From Macrostomum lignano (lineage: Eukaryota): a stretch of DNA of 64,000 nt. Under the pieces are notes generated by a model that made no database searches, was not told the DNA's origin, and saw only the letters and a program-made list of their open reading frames with translations. Position numbers and translations under genes: made by a program. Below are positions 49,451 to 62,400 of the stretch, piece by piece (positions within the stretch are counted from its first letter, which is position 1; the number at the start of each line of letters is the position of its first letter). Where the stretch lies: assembly GCA_002269645.1 (NCBI GenBank), contig NIVC01000768.1, forward strand, positions 62,001-126,000. Reading direction: 5' to 3'.

Positions 49451-50390
49451 CAGACTGCCTGTGGCCAAAATTGTCCCCGAGTGACGCGCATGCGCAGATT
49501 TGAAATTCAAAAGAAACAATGTTACATTCTATTTAGACAGAGATTTTTGCACATAGATCCGAGTACATTTTCAGTACATTAATCTAACTTTTTGTTTTTC
49601 CTGTACTGCAAAACTGCAAAATCGTAGCGCAATAAGAAACGATATGAATGCTGAAGATCAGATTGAAGAAGACGATGAATTGCTGGAAGAAGATGGAATC
49701 GATGAATTTGAAGCAGAATTCGATGAAGATATCATGGAACAGCAGCCTCGGCAGTGCACTATTGTTTAAGCAACAGTGACAGAGACCGTATCATCAGCGC
49801 TGCTAATCGTGGGGATGACTTGTGGAACTGGCGCGCCAACTTGGAGTCAAGAGGTCAATAGCGAACACGATTGTGAGGTCAGGGAGAGCGGAAAAGCAGC
49901 CTACGAGATTCCGGACACCATTCAGGTCAAGCAGCTTCCACCATACAGTCCATTTTTTAGTCCCGTGAAGAACTTAATCTCCTGTTGGAAGGACACTCTG
50001 AAGAGAAAACTGGCAGCAGACCAGCAAAATTTCATTGCTCCAATAGCTGAGCAGCATGGGAATCAGTCAATGGCGGCCTATTGGTGAGACATTCTGTACA
50101 ACATGGTGGACAGAACTGTTGGCTGCATCTCTGTGGACAAGTGCACCAAGTGGTTCAACCATGTGTTTACATACATCCCTCACTGTCTTGGTGGACAGGC
50201 AATTGATGGTTAGGTGTCTCAAGTTGGCCAACTGAAATTGCCTTGTTCCTGTTTTTTTCATTTTACTCTTATGTTTGTCAATATGTTGTGTTTTATCCCT
50301 TTGTTGAAATAGAATGTAACATTGTTTTTTGGAATTTCAAATCTGCATAGTGCATGTCACTTGGGGACAATTTTGGCCACAGACAGTCTG
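49451..50390 (+). mobile_element. Internally deleted IS630-Tc1-mariner element with transposase C-terminal remnant
   Basis: About 85-bp TIRs (CAGACTGYCTGTGGCCAAAATTGTCCCCRAGTGAC...); TA at the left flank; remnant QLPPYSPFFSPVKNLISCWKDTLKRK matches the Tc1 LPPYSPDLNPIEN motif. Confidence 0.82.
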
Positions 50391-50910
50391 AATAAAAATA
50401 GAAGGTAAAATGGTGTACTCAATTGATATAGTGGTGACAAATTAGTCATATTGAATTGTCTAGAATCCAAATAGAGCTAGTCTCTACTCTATCTTCTTAC
50501 CGATTGTTATTACTATCAACAATAGATAATTTATTGCTCTGTCTAGCTAATTATCTCATTTGGTCATTAGTAAAGAAGCATCTTTTCCAATAGGTATCAT
50601 AAATATGATGACCCAATAGTAAAGCATTACCTTTGATATCTTCTACCTAGGACCCTATATTGCATTTCTTATAAGTAGACATATATGATAGGATAATGAA
50701 GATAATAAAATCTAGTTTTGTATCCTAAACTAGAAAGAAATTTATCTTTAAAGATAAAAGTAAAAACTTATCTATGACCAACCAACTGCTAATATAACTT
50801 ATTAAAGGATTAAGGCAGTTAAAGTTAAAATGCATTCTTAGTCAATAATTTTGTTTGAAATTTATAAAAGTTTAATACTCTTAGCACTAAACAACTTTTT
50901 AGCCATAATA

Positions 50911-51780
50911 CAGTGTTGGGCACCATTAATGAAAATCTTAACTTCTGTTAATAGCAAAAGCATTAGCGTTAAAACAAAAAAATCTTAACTTTTTAACTCC
51001 TAAGTTAACTGAAAGTTAACTGATAATCGTTAATAAGCGTTAATCTGTTAAAGTTAACACAGAAAATACGGAAATCTTGCATGTTTTTTCCAAAACAGAC
51101 TTCATATTGCATGTCTTTGCTATTCCATCTTTTTAGCGAAACACAGAGGTCATCTAAGCAATTTGAAAGCTAAAAAAGTAATAAATAATCATTTTTAAAA
51201 CTTGCATGCATAATACTACTAAAAGTAAAGCATATGGTAAAAAGAGTAACTTATTTTATTTGAAACTTAAAAGCTAATAGCAAGAAATTCATAATTAAAT
51301 ATGCATAGGAAGGTTGTTTCAGTACCATTAGCAGGCGCAGCAGAAAGTTGCGAAAGATAGGGACAGAAGTGAATCAAAGCGATTGATGCTCACGCGCAAG
51401 AAATAAAGTTTCACACTATTTTAATTCATTATTTCAAAGTTTATTTGTAAGAAGTTGTTAATTACATGGACGTCTGTATGATCATTGTCATAAATAAAGA
51501 GATTATATTTAGGCATATAGGTAAGCTCAAATACATTTGTAATGTTTAAACTTCTTGTAAGACTTATATTTTTTGTTCCTTCTTTGCGTCTTTGGTCATT
51601 GACATAGACACTACCGTTAACGATGAATTTATCATTAATTCACAAAATTTTTAACGTAAATTCGTTAATCCATTAGTTAAAAATCTTAACGACAGTCCGT
51701 TAACGTTAATGAAAAATCTTAACGCTTATTAATGCTTATTAACGGATTAACGCTTATTAATGGACTGGTGCCCAACACTG
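50911..51780. mobile_element. hAT-like non-autonomous element (870 bp)
   Basis: TIR CAGTGTTGGGCACCA; perfect 8-bp TSD CCATAATA; subterminal TTAAC repeats. Confidence 0.88.
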
Positions 51781-52374
51781 CCATAATATATTCATTGAAA
51801 AAATTTTTATTTAATAATGCAAGTTTGATGAAAATTGTTGAGCCATTTGTATTAGTTAACATGTTTAAATTTTTTCCTGTAGACCCTTAGTTAGACTTTT
51901 ATGATTGCCTTTTCCTACTCTTTCCAATTCTTCAATAAGCATATATATTTAGACCTACTAGACCCTTCCCCTTGATATCTAAGAATCTTATCATTATATT
52001 ATAGATACTATCACCATCATTTTACTTTTAGTTTTATATAACATATATAGTTTAAATTGAGTTTATATTATATAAATAAGTTTAACCAAAAGGTTTTAAA
52101 AAAAGCATCCAATATTCCAATGTAGAGTTTTTATTACTATTAAAGTGATATAGATTACTATATTTATAACTATTAACAATGAAATTCTATGCATTATAAA
52201 TCTATACCTCTGTATACATATTTAGCATAGGTACTAGCAATCTTCGCCCCCCGATGGGGGACATCTGGATAGAATCCTTGTTCTTTACAAATAAAGACTC
52301 CAAGAGAAATAACAAATAGACAGGGTCATAAAGCCTTCATGAAAAAGCAACAGACATTTCCTCTAAAAACAAAA

Positions 52375-53200
52375 CATCCCAAGACAGCAAGCATCCCCAG
52401 ACAGCATTCAAGCATCGATACCTAAATAGCAAACATCACCCAGACTTCAAGCATCCCATAGATAGCAAGCATCCACCCGATAGCAAGAAACCCCAGATAG
52501 CAAGCATCCCCCAGATAGCAAGCATCCCCCAGACCCCAGATAGCAAGCATCCGCCAGATAGCAAGCATCCCCCAGATAGCAAGCATCCGCCAGATAGCAA
52601 GCATCCCCCAGATAGCAAGCATCCCCCAGATAGCAAGCATCCCCCAGATAGCAAGCATCCCCCAGATAGCAAGCATCCCCCAGATAGCAAGCATCCCCAA
52701 GATAGCAAGCATCCCCCAGACCGCAAGCAACCCCAGATAGCAAGCATCCACCCGATAACAAGAAACCCCAGATAGCAAGCATCCCCCAGATAGCAAGCAT
52801 CCCCCAGACCCCAGATAGCAAGCATCCGCCAGATAGCAAGCATCCCCCAGATAGCAAGCATCCGCCAGATAGCAAGCATCCCCCAGATAGCAAGCATCCC
52901 CCAGATAGCAAGCATCCCCCAGATAGCAAGCATCCCCAAGATAGCAAGCATCCCCCAGACCGCAAGCAACCCCAGATAGCAAGCATAACCTGGATACAAA
53001 GAGACCTTATAGATATCTAGCAACCCCCTCTCAAGATAGCAAGTACCCTCCACCCCCAAGAGCAAGCATCTCCCAATAGCAAGTAACCCCAGTAGCAAGC
53101 ATCCTTCCGGTAGCAAGCATCCCACCAATAGCAAGCATCCCTCAGATAGCAAGCATCCATCAGATAGCAAGCATCCCCCTGATAGCAAGTATCTATCCTT
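52375..53200. repeat. 18-bp minisatellite (AGATAGCAAGCATCCCCC)
   Basis: Direct inspection. Confidence 0.96.
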
Positions 53201-53289
53201 AAATAGCAATCATCCAACAGAGAACAAGTAGCTAGTGCAACAATTTCCTTAGCTTTATAGTGGCTCCGTTTTGTTTGGCATGACACTTT

Positions 53290-56200
53290 TTATGTTTGAA
53301 ACGGTGTCTCTTTTATGTTTGAAACGGTGGCTCTTTTATGTTTGAAATTGTGGCTCTTCTATGTTTGACATGACGTCTCTTCTATGTTTGACATGGTGGC
53401 TCTTTAATGTTCGACATGATGGCTCTTCTATGTTTGCCATGGCGGCCCTTTTACGTTTAAAATGGTGTCTCTGTTATGTTTGACATGGTGGCTCAGTTGT
53501 TTGACATGGTGGCTCAGTTGTTTGACATGGTGGCTCAGTTGTTTGACATGGTGGCTCAGTTGTTTGACATGGTGGCTCAGTTGTTTGACATGGTGGCTCA
53601 GTTGTTTGACATGGTGGCTCAGTTGTTTGACATGGTGGCTCAGTTGTTTGACATGGTGGCTCAGTTGTTTGACATGGAGTTACGTATATGTTTGACATGG
53701 TGGCTCTTTTATGTTCGACATGGTGGCACTTTTATGTTTGGCATAGTGGCTCTTTTATATTTGACATGATGGCTATTTTATATTCGACATGTTGCTCTTT
53801 TATGTTTGACACGGAGTCACGTATATGTTTGACGAAATGGCTCTTTAATGTTCGCAATGTTGGCCCTCTTATGTTTGACATGGAGTCACATATATGTTTC
53901 ACATGGTGGCGCTTTAATGTTTGACATGGAGTCACGTATATGTTTGACATGGTGGCTCTTTTATGTTCGACATGGTGCTCTTTTATGTTTGGCATGGTGG
54001 CTCTGTTATGTTTGACATGGTGGCTCAGTTGTTTGACATGGTGGCTCTTTAATGTTTGACATGGAGTCACGTATATGTTTGACATGGTGGCTCTTTTATG
54101 TTTGACATAGTGGCTCTTTAATGTTCCCATGGTGGCTCTTTTATGTTCAACATGGTGCTCTTTTATGTTTGACATGGTGGCACTTTAATGTTTGACATGG
54201 TGGCTCTTTAATGTTTGACATGGTAGCTCTTTAATGTTTGACATGGTGGCTCTTTAATGTTTGACATGGTGGCTCTTTAATGTTTGACATGGTGGCTCTT
54301 TAATGTTTGACATTGTGGCTCTTTAATGTTTGACATGGTGGCTCTTTAATGTTTAACATGGTGGCTCTTTTTTCGACATGGTGGCTCTTTAATGTTCGAC
54401 ATGGTGGCTCTTTTATGTTCGAAGTGGTGGCTCTTTTATGTTTGACATGGTGGCTCTTTAATGTTTGACATGGTGGCTCTTTAATGTTAAATGTTAAATG
54501 TTTGACATGGTGGCTCATTAATGTTTGACATGGTGGCTCTTTAATGTTTGACATGGTAGCTCTTTAATGTTTGATATGGTGGCTCTTTAATGTTTGACAT
54601 GGTGGCTCTTTAATGTTTGACATGGTGGCTCTTTAATGTTTGACATGGTGGCTCTTTAATGTTTGACATGATGGCTCTTTAATGTTTGACATGGTGGCTC
54701 TTTTATGTTTGACATGGTGGCTCTTTAATGTTTGACATGGTGGCTCTTTAATGTTTGACATGGTGGCTCTTTAATGTTTGACATGGTGGCTCTTTAATGT
54801 TTGAAATGGTGGCTCTTTATTGTTCGACATGGTGGCTCTTTTAGGTTCGACATAGTGGCTCTTTAGTGTTCGAAATGGTGGCTCTTTTATGTTTGACATG
54901 GTGGCTCTTTAATGTTTGACATGGTGGCTCTTTAATGTTTGAAATGGTGGCTCTTTATTGTTCGACATGGTGGCTCTTTTAGGTTCGACATAGTGGCTCT
55001 TTAGTGTTCGAAATGGTGGCTCTTTTATGTTTGACATGGTGGCTCTTTAATGTTTGACATGGTGGCTCTTTAATGTTAAATGTTAAATGTTTGACATGGT
55101 GGCTCATTAATGTTTGACATGGTGGCTCTTTAATGTTTGACATGGTAGCTCTTTAATGTTTGATATGGTGGCTCTTTAATGTTTGACATGGTGGCTCTTT
55201 AATGTTTGACATGGTGGCTCTTTAATGTTTGACATGGTGGCTCTTTAATGTTTGACATGATGGCTCTTTAATGTTTGACATGGTGGCTCTTTTATGTTTG
55301 ACATGGTGGCTCTTTAATGTTTGACATGGTGGCTCTTTAATGTTTGACATGGTGGCTCTTTAATGTTTGACATGGTGGCTCTTTAATGTTTGAAATGGTG
55401 GCTCTTTATTGTTCGACATGGTGGCTCTTTTAGGTTCGACATAGTGGCTCTTTAGTGTTTGACAATGTGGCTCTTAATGTTTTACATGGTGGCTCTTTAA
55501 TGTTCGACATGGTGGCTCTTTTATGTTCGACATGGTGGCTCTTTAATGTTTGACATGGTTTTTCTTTTATGTTTGACATGGTAGCTCATTTATGTTCGAC
55601 ATGGTGGCTCTTTAATGTTTGACATGGAGTCATGTATATGTTTGACATGGTGGCTCTTTAATGTTTGACATGGTGGCTCTTTAATGTTTGACATGGTGGC
55701 TCTTTAATGTTTGACATGGTGACTCGTTAATGTTAGACATGGTGGCTCTTTTATGTTTGACCTGGTGGCACCTTAATGTCTGTAATGATGGCTCTTTAAT
55801 GTTCGACATGGTGCCTCTTTAATGTTTGACATGGTGGCTCTTTATTGTTAAACATGGTGGCTGTTTAATTTTTGACATGGTGGCTCTTTATTGTTCGACA
55901 TGGTGGCTCTTTAATGTTCGAAATGGTGGCTCTTTAATGTTCGAAATAGTGGCTCTTTTATGTTCAACATGGTGGCTCTTTAATGTTCGAAATGGTGGCT
56001 GTTTAATGTTCGAAATGGTGGCTCTTTTATGTTTGACATAAAGTCACTTATATGTTTTACATGGTGCCTCTTAAATATTAGACATGGTGGCTCATTTAGG
56101 TTTGACATGGTGGCTCTTTTATGTTTGACCAGGTAACTCTTTTATGTTCGATATGTTGGCTCTTTAATGTTCGACATGGTGGCTCTTCTATGTTTGACAT
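53290..56200. repeat. 21-23-bp minisatellite (TTTGACATGGTGGCTCTTTAATG), ~2.9 kb
   Basis: Direct inspection. Confidence 0.97.
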
Positions 56201-56559
56201 TGCACTTCTTTTATGTTTAGCAGTTTTTTGTTTTTAAGGTGTTTTAATAAAAAAAATCTATTTTGCACTACTAAGATTCGAACCCAGGTCGCTACATTAG
56301 CATTCCAGTCTGTTCGCATCAGGGCTATCTTTTTTCAATTGGAGAACATGAATTGTGGCCCTTATAATTCAATTCTTACAGCAAGTCAATTGGAGCAAAA
56401 AGTTATGACATAATCAATTTCTCAGTCAGCCAGTATCAGTCTCAATTTAAGTTGGCAATATGGTTACGCAATTTCAATTCAAGTCGTGTGTGCGTTTCTT
56501 TGACACTGTTTTCAACTTGTTGTGATGCAATCTTTATCACAATCGGAATTCAGCCAGTC

Positions 56560-56790
56560 AGTTTTTTTCTCTAGCATTCTTACAATGCATTTCAAGTGGA
56601 AAATTTGGCTTGACCTTTGCAAAAAAGCATGTTTTTCGAATATTTAATCCTTTTAACATTGAGCAATTTCTTAGCCAAGATGCATGTACCGTCCCAGGAA
56701 AATTTCTGATCGAATGGTGCAAGTTTGAAGAAAATCGGTTGAGCCAATTTTTCTGAAATCTATCGCATACCCACAGACAACTCATTTTTA
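56560..56790 (+). mobile_element. Possible Helentron-associated (HINE-like) remnant
   Basis: GTGCAAGTTTGAAGAAAATCGGTTGAGCC...ACAGACAA...TTTTTAGTATATAG resembles invertebrate HINE 3' ends; recognition by motif only. Confidence 0.3.
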
Positions 56791-57865
56791 GTATATAGGA
56801 ATCCATGGCACAGTCTTTAACAAATTGAATTGGCTCATATAAAGGCCACTTTCCTGACCTAAGACTAAGTAAAAGAATAGCAAAATATATTTTGTCTTCA
56901 TTTTGTCTTAATATAATATCATAAGTGTCTAATGTAATAATAATATAATAAATAAATATATCGAGGTAATACAGATAGCCCTAGACAGATAGGAAATATA
57001 TTTAAATGTATACTACTACTATATCAATAAAGCCTTAAGCCTTAAACCTTGAAGGTATAAAATTAAGAGGTAGAATTGGATCTTAATCAAACTGATACTA
57101 AAACTCTAAATATCTTTTCTAAAATATTACGATTCTAGAAAAATTATAATCCTAATCCTATAATAGTCAGGTCAAGACAATTACTATTTTTAGAGAATTT
57201 TCCCATGCAAAAATGGATTTTCGACTCAAAATTTCTTGCACAGATGCTGCGGAGAGCAGGATATCAGGATGCCGGGCATACACATTGCAGGCGTAGCTAG
57301 CAAGGTAGATAGACTTGGGACTTGTTCTAAAGGGCAAAAGCTGAGACAAAGTTCTCTATAATTTGGCATAGAAAGATATTAAATTTTACAGGAACATACA
57401 AGTTAAAAACGCGTGCCACGCACGAATTTTTTTACAGGTGTTAAAGAACAAAAATGAGCATGATTTTAAAAAAATAAATACACAAAAATATGTATTTTAG
57501 CAATATAACCTATTTTATTGCAAAATCTTTTATTTAAAAAAGTTACTTTGTTATAATGATAATTGTGGAACATATTAATATATTTAACTTTATAAAATGC
57601 CTTGCATTTAAAAAATAGTGCTTCTGAATTTACCTTCGACATTTTTTTTTTTGTATTTACATCAGGTATCGGCTTAAATTTTTGCGATTTACAAGTTTTA
57701 TTTACGATTAATTCCGTTCCTCAGTGTCTCTGATCTGAGACTTCCATTACCTTTAAGAGTTGTCTCCTTACATTGCAGAGTTATAAGTCAAGTCAAATTT
57801 AGATAGAAGAAAACGTGGATTGTAACACAAAAAATTGTTTCGTCGACTTCTATAACTGTATTAAA

Positions 57866-58795
57866 ATGGTAGGAGTATTACGTATGAGCAACTGTTAACT
57901 GGTGGCACAATGAACAAGTGTAGCCATTTGAAAATCTTATTGTCTTCATTTTCAGATGCACTATATGCTTCTATTCAGTCGACAAGGGAAATTGCGTCTC
58001 CAAAAATGGTATACATCTCACTCGGAGAAAGCTAAAAAGAAGATAATTCGCGATGTGATGACCATGGTGCTTGCGCGGAAGCCCAAGATGTGCGCCTTTA
58101 TTGAGTGGAAAGATTTAAAGATTGTGTATAAAAGGTGAGGCAGAAAAGAGATGATTTTTGTATATTTTTCATCTTCACGGCAAATTTTAATTAATTTCAG
58201 ATATGCCAGTTTGTACTTTTGCTGCGGCATCGAGCAGCAGGACAACGAGCTTCTCTGCTTGGAAATTATTCATCGCTATGTTGAACTGTTGGACAAATAC
58301 TTTGGCAGTGTAAGCGTGAAACGTTTGAATTGTTTACATCCTTTGTTTACATTGTTTACATAAGTTCCACAGCAACATGCAATAAATTATGCGCAGGTGT
58401 GCGAGCTGGACATCATATTTAATTTCGAGCGGGCCTACTTCATGCTAGACGAATTCATGCTGGCTGGCGAGGTTCAGGAGACCAGCAAGAAGAATGTGCT
58501 GAAAGCAATTGCTGCGCAAGATCTCCTGCAAGAAGTACGTGTTTGAAATAAGAATTTAAAATCAGATTATCAAAAGTATACGTGCCAGCTGGGACTCTTC
58601 CTATGCACGAGAAGCCAGTTTGTTATAATGGATTGTCAACTGTCTTTCACAATTGCTTGAGAAAGTTTTAAACTACTAGCGTATATTATTCAGCTAAAAG
58701 AACTCTTAGAATTTCCGAATTAAAATTTTCAGGAATGCGACGAGCCGAAATCGCTGCTAGAGGAACTGGGAGTCATCAGCACCGGCCTTGAATGA
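57866..58795 (+). CDS. AP1S: AP-1 adaptor complex sigma subunit (AP1S1/AP1S2-type)
   Basis: Probable ATG-only exon 57866..57868 (ATG|GTAGGA), then exons 57956..58134, 58201..58309, 58397..58534, 58733..58795. Translation: [25 protein letters not shown]|[20 protein letters not shown]|[22 protein letters not shown]|[13 protein letters not shown]. Confidence 0.96.
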
Positions 58796-59451
58796 TCAAA
58801 TTATTTCACAATGATACTTTGATTGACAGCTGCACCGACACAATTATATCCATGACTAATGCTCTTGCAGTTGCATTACCATTTTTTATCATTAGTAGCC
58901 CTTTTTACAATTACTTTTTTTAAAGTCTTCCCTCTTATTCATTGTTTTTTCCCTCGCGTGTTTGCTAAATTTCAGTTTACGAGTAAGCGATTATGCCACT
59001 TTATGTGGCCATGCACCACATTCCCGCAGTTTATGCGCAATACTACGCAATACTCGTATTTTGTGAAATTGTAATCTTCCTCTCACAAGTTTTGCCTTAA
59101 CACCTAGCCTCCTTTAAGAGTATTTATAGTATATTTAGATTGAGTAGTTACCAGCTATTATAAATTTTCTAATTGCCTAAAATGATGCTCACCATAAAGT
59201 CACAACAATACACTTGAGTCCGTCGCCTTGATTGCCTTAATATGTTCCGTTTCAATACGAACTATTAGCCCTTAATGAACTAAAAATTAATGATAATTTT
59301 CGCATTTAGGATTTTGTCTAACAGCTTGTCAAATAATTGTGCTTAGTCAAAAATACAACTTTTCATTCAAAATTCATGCCACGAGTTACGCAACAACGCC
59401 GCGAACTGATGAAGAGCAGGGGGCCAGGGGTTGTCAATCACAAGTAGTAGT

Positions 59452-62400
59452 AGTAGTAGTAGTACTTACTTACTTGACTTAGCTGCAGGGGGCTCCGTGC
59501 GTCCGGAAACAGCGAGGAGGCGTTGCCGCCCATTTCGCTAACCCCTGGCGACCACGGGCAGCTAGTAGTGCTGCGGTGTCGCGCAGGGAGTTCCGGTGGC
59601 GACGCCCCCTCCGGAGAGTCCAGGAGGTAGATTGTCGCTCGCCCGGTAGCCCTTAGGTAGCGGACGAGCTGGCAGAGATTCTCGGGCCTGAAAACGTCGG
59701 AGAGGTCCGGGTTTGGGCCGAGGTAGGTGAGCCTGTCCTGAGTAAAGGCGGGGCATTCACAGATGAAGTGCTCCGCATTCTCGACACCGGAGAGGCAGAA
59801 AGGGCATTCCTCACTGCGGATTTTCTCCTGGAGGTAACGATGCCTGGCAAAGCAGCCATGACCCGAGAGGGCCATGGTAACCGCCCTGATGTCCCTGCGG
59901 TTGAATCCAAGCAGGGCCCTGTGTAGGGCGGAGGAGGGACAGGAGACAGCCGCGCGGGATTGCCGGCAGTCGGGGGCGTTAGCCCACCTCTACCTGTGCT
60001 TAGAAGCCACCCACTGGTTGATCCGAGTGGACAACGGCGATGGGGGTGGGGGCCACGGGCAGGGGACCAGTAAAAGAAACGGTCGAGCCAGCCTTGGCCA
60101 GGCGATCGGCCAGCTCGTTGTCGGGGTGGCCCGAGTGCCCGGGGATCCACCTTAGGGACACCTTGTTGGAGGCGCCTAAGCGGTTGAGCTGCCCGATGCA
60201 GTCGAGGACTGTACGCGAGCAGGTGGTGGTACGCTCAAGGGCGTGAATCGCCGCTTGACTGTCCGAGTGGAGGGTAATCTCCTTCCCCCAGACGTGCTGA
60301 TTGTACAGCTCCATGGCGCAGGAGCTGATGGCGAGAACTTTGTTCTGGAAGACGGTGGAGCAGGTGCCGGTGTGTTGGGAGAAGGTCGCCACAGTTCTCC
60401 CTCCAGACACGATGCAGTAGCCGTATCCAGAGGCGGAGTTGATTTGGGACCCGTCAGTGAAGCAGTGGATTTCATGGGGTTTCCAGTTGTCTCTCGCTTC
60501 ATGGCGTGGTGGAATGCTGGTTTTGAATTTGAGCGGGGGGCAGAGCGTGGACGGGATTCCGTCCGAGAGGGTCAGCAGGCCTCGCTGCTTCCAGGTCTCG
60601 CAGGCTGAGGTCGCCATGCGGCCGGAGGTTCCGCTTTCTGAAGGCAAACTGCTTCTGGATTTGGACACCCGCGTCAAGCAGACGACGGGTGGTTTTCATA
60701 GCCTCCCCTCTAACAAAGAGGTCGAGGAGGGGAATGTCCAAGAAGGAGTTCATGCCAGCGAAGGGCGTTGAGGGAGCCGCGCTCATGATAGCTCGACAAG
60801 CGCGGCCTTGCACCCTATTTAAAACCTCAAGAACCCCTTTCACCTCTAGGGCACTGTTCCAAATGAGGCCGGCAAAGGAGATGGCCGGTCTAACAATGGC
60901 AGTGTAAATCCACCAGAGGCGGCGGGGTGAGGCCCCAGGTAGCACCGAAAGCTCTGCGGATCTGCGCGAGAGTCGCGAGAGCTTTGCGGGCTTTAGTTTG
61001 GACGTGCGGGGTCCAGCTCAACCTGTGGTCGAGGGTGACGCCCAGACATCTAGTTTGTTTCTCCATGGCAACAGGTTTGCCGCAGAGGGAGAGCGGTTCG
61101 ATCCTCCAGTTTCGGCGGCTGGTGAACATGATAGCCACGGTTTTAGACTCAGAGAACCTGAGACCGCAGCTATGTGCCCAGCGCTCGGCACGGTGGATGA
61201 AGGCTTGAAGGAGGTCCCTGAGGACCGCGGGCGATGGTCCAGCCACAGTGGCGGTAACATCGTCCGCATAGCCGACCTTCTGAACAGGGTCCGGATGCGG
61301 GCTGCAAAGCAGCTCGTCCATGACTAAATTCCAGAGTATCGGGCTGAGGACTCCACCTTGCGGTCCGCCTTTCTGGACTTCCACGGAGCGTGAGTGTCCC
61401 AGGAGGTGCGAGGTGGCAGTACGATGGAGACCATGTACATGATCCAGCGGGTGAGGTGCTCGTGCGTGCCCCGGGATTCCAGGGCTCGCTTAAAGGCTTC
61501 AAAGAGCACATTGTTAAAAGCACCATCAATGTCGAGGAAAAGCGACAGCGCGTATCCACTGCCAAGCACGGCGCGCTCCAGCTTGTCGACAATGGCGTGC
61601 AGCGCACTTTCGATGGAACGTCCAGGACGAAAGGCGTGCTGATTAGGGGAGAGCGGGGAGTTCCTCAGCTCAACGAGGAGAAGGCGCCAGAGCACCAGCC
61701 GTTCCATCAGTTTGAGGAAGAAGGACGTCAGACTGATAGGGCGGTAAGCTTTGGCGGAGTGATAGTCTCCCTTTCCTGGCTTGGGTATGAAGACTACCGT
61801 AGCCTCTTGCCAGGCTTTTGGCACTACCCGAGGGTAATGCTGGCCTTGAAGAGGTTGCAGAGGAGGCCGAGAAACCTGTCATTTTTAACTGCCTCATGAA
61901 GGAAGGCAGGATAAATGTTGTCAGGACCCGGGGACTTGAAAGGAGAGAAGGATTTTGCGGCGCGAGCCGTCCTCTCTCTAGTAATGATGGTCGAAGCCAG
62001 GATCTGTCCGCCCGGAGAGTGGTCCGGTGGGCCTAGCTGCGGTGTGGCACGTGGGAAAGAGCTGGTGAGCATAATGTCCAGCGATTCCCCAGGGTTCTCA
62101 GCGAGCCGGCCGTCCGGTCTTTTAATGACTGAGAGCTTTGACATTTTGTCGAGGGTGAGAGCCTTAACTACGCGCGAAGTAGGGCGGGTGCCTTCTAACT
62201 CCGCGCAGTATTGGCGCCATTTGTCGGACTTGGCTTTCCTGGTTTCACGCTTAAAGTCGCGGATCGCTTCTTGATAGGCGGCCAGGTCAGCTGGGTCCTT
62301 GCTCTTGCGAGCTTTCCGTTGGAGGCACTTTGCCTTGCGCCGGAGGATCCGAGCGCCGGGTGCCACCAGGGGGCGGATTTTTTGCCTTTGTAGGCTTTAA

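Noticed and set aside
52422-56041. Multiple overlapping ORFs and possible p53 sites (GACATGG)
   Set aside because: Tandem repeat artefacts; the unit does not fit RRRCWWGYYY.
59395-59435. CTGATGA motif next to the LINE 3' end (hammerhead or C/D box)
   Set aside because: No downstream GAAA or stem II, and no paired D box or terminal stem seen.
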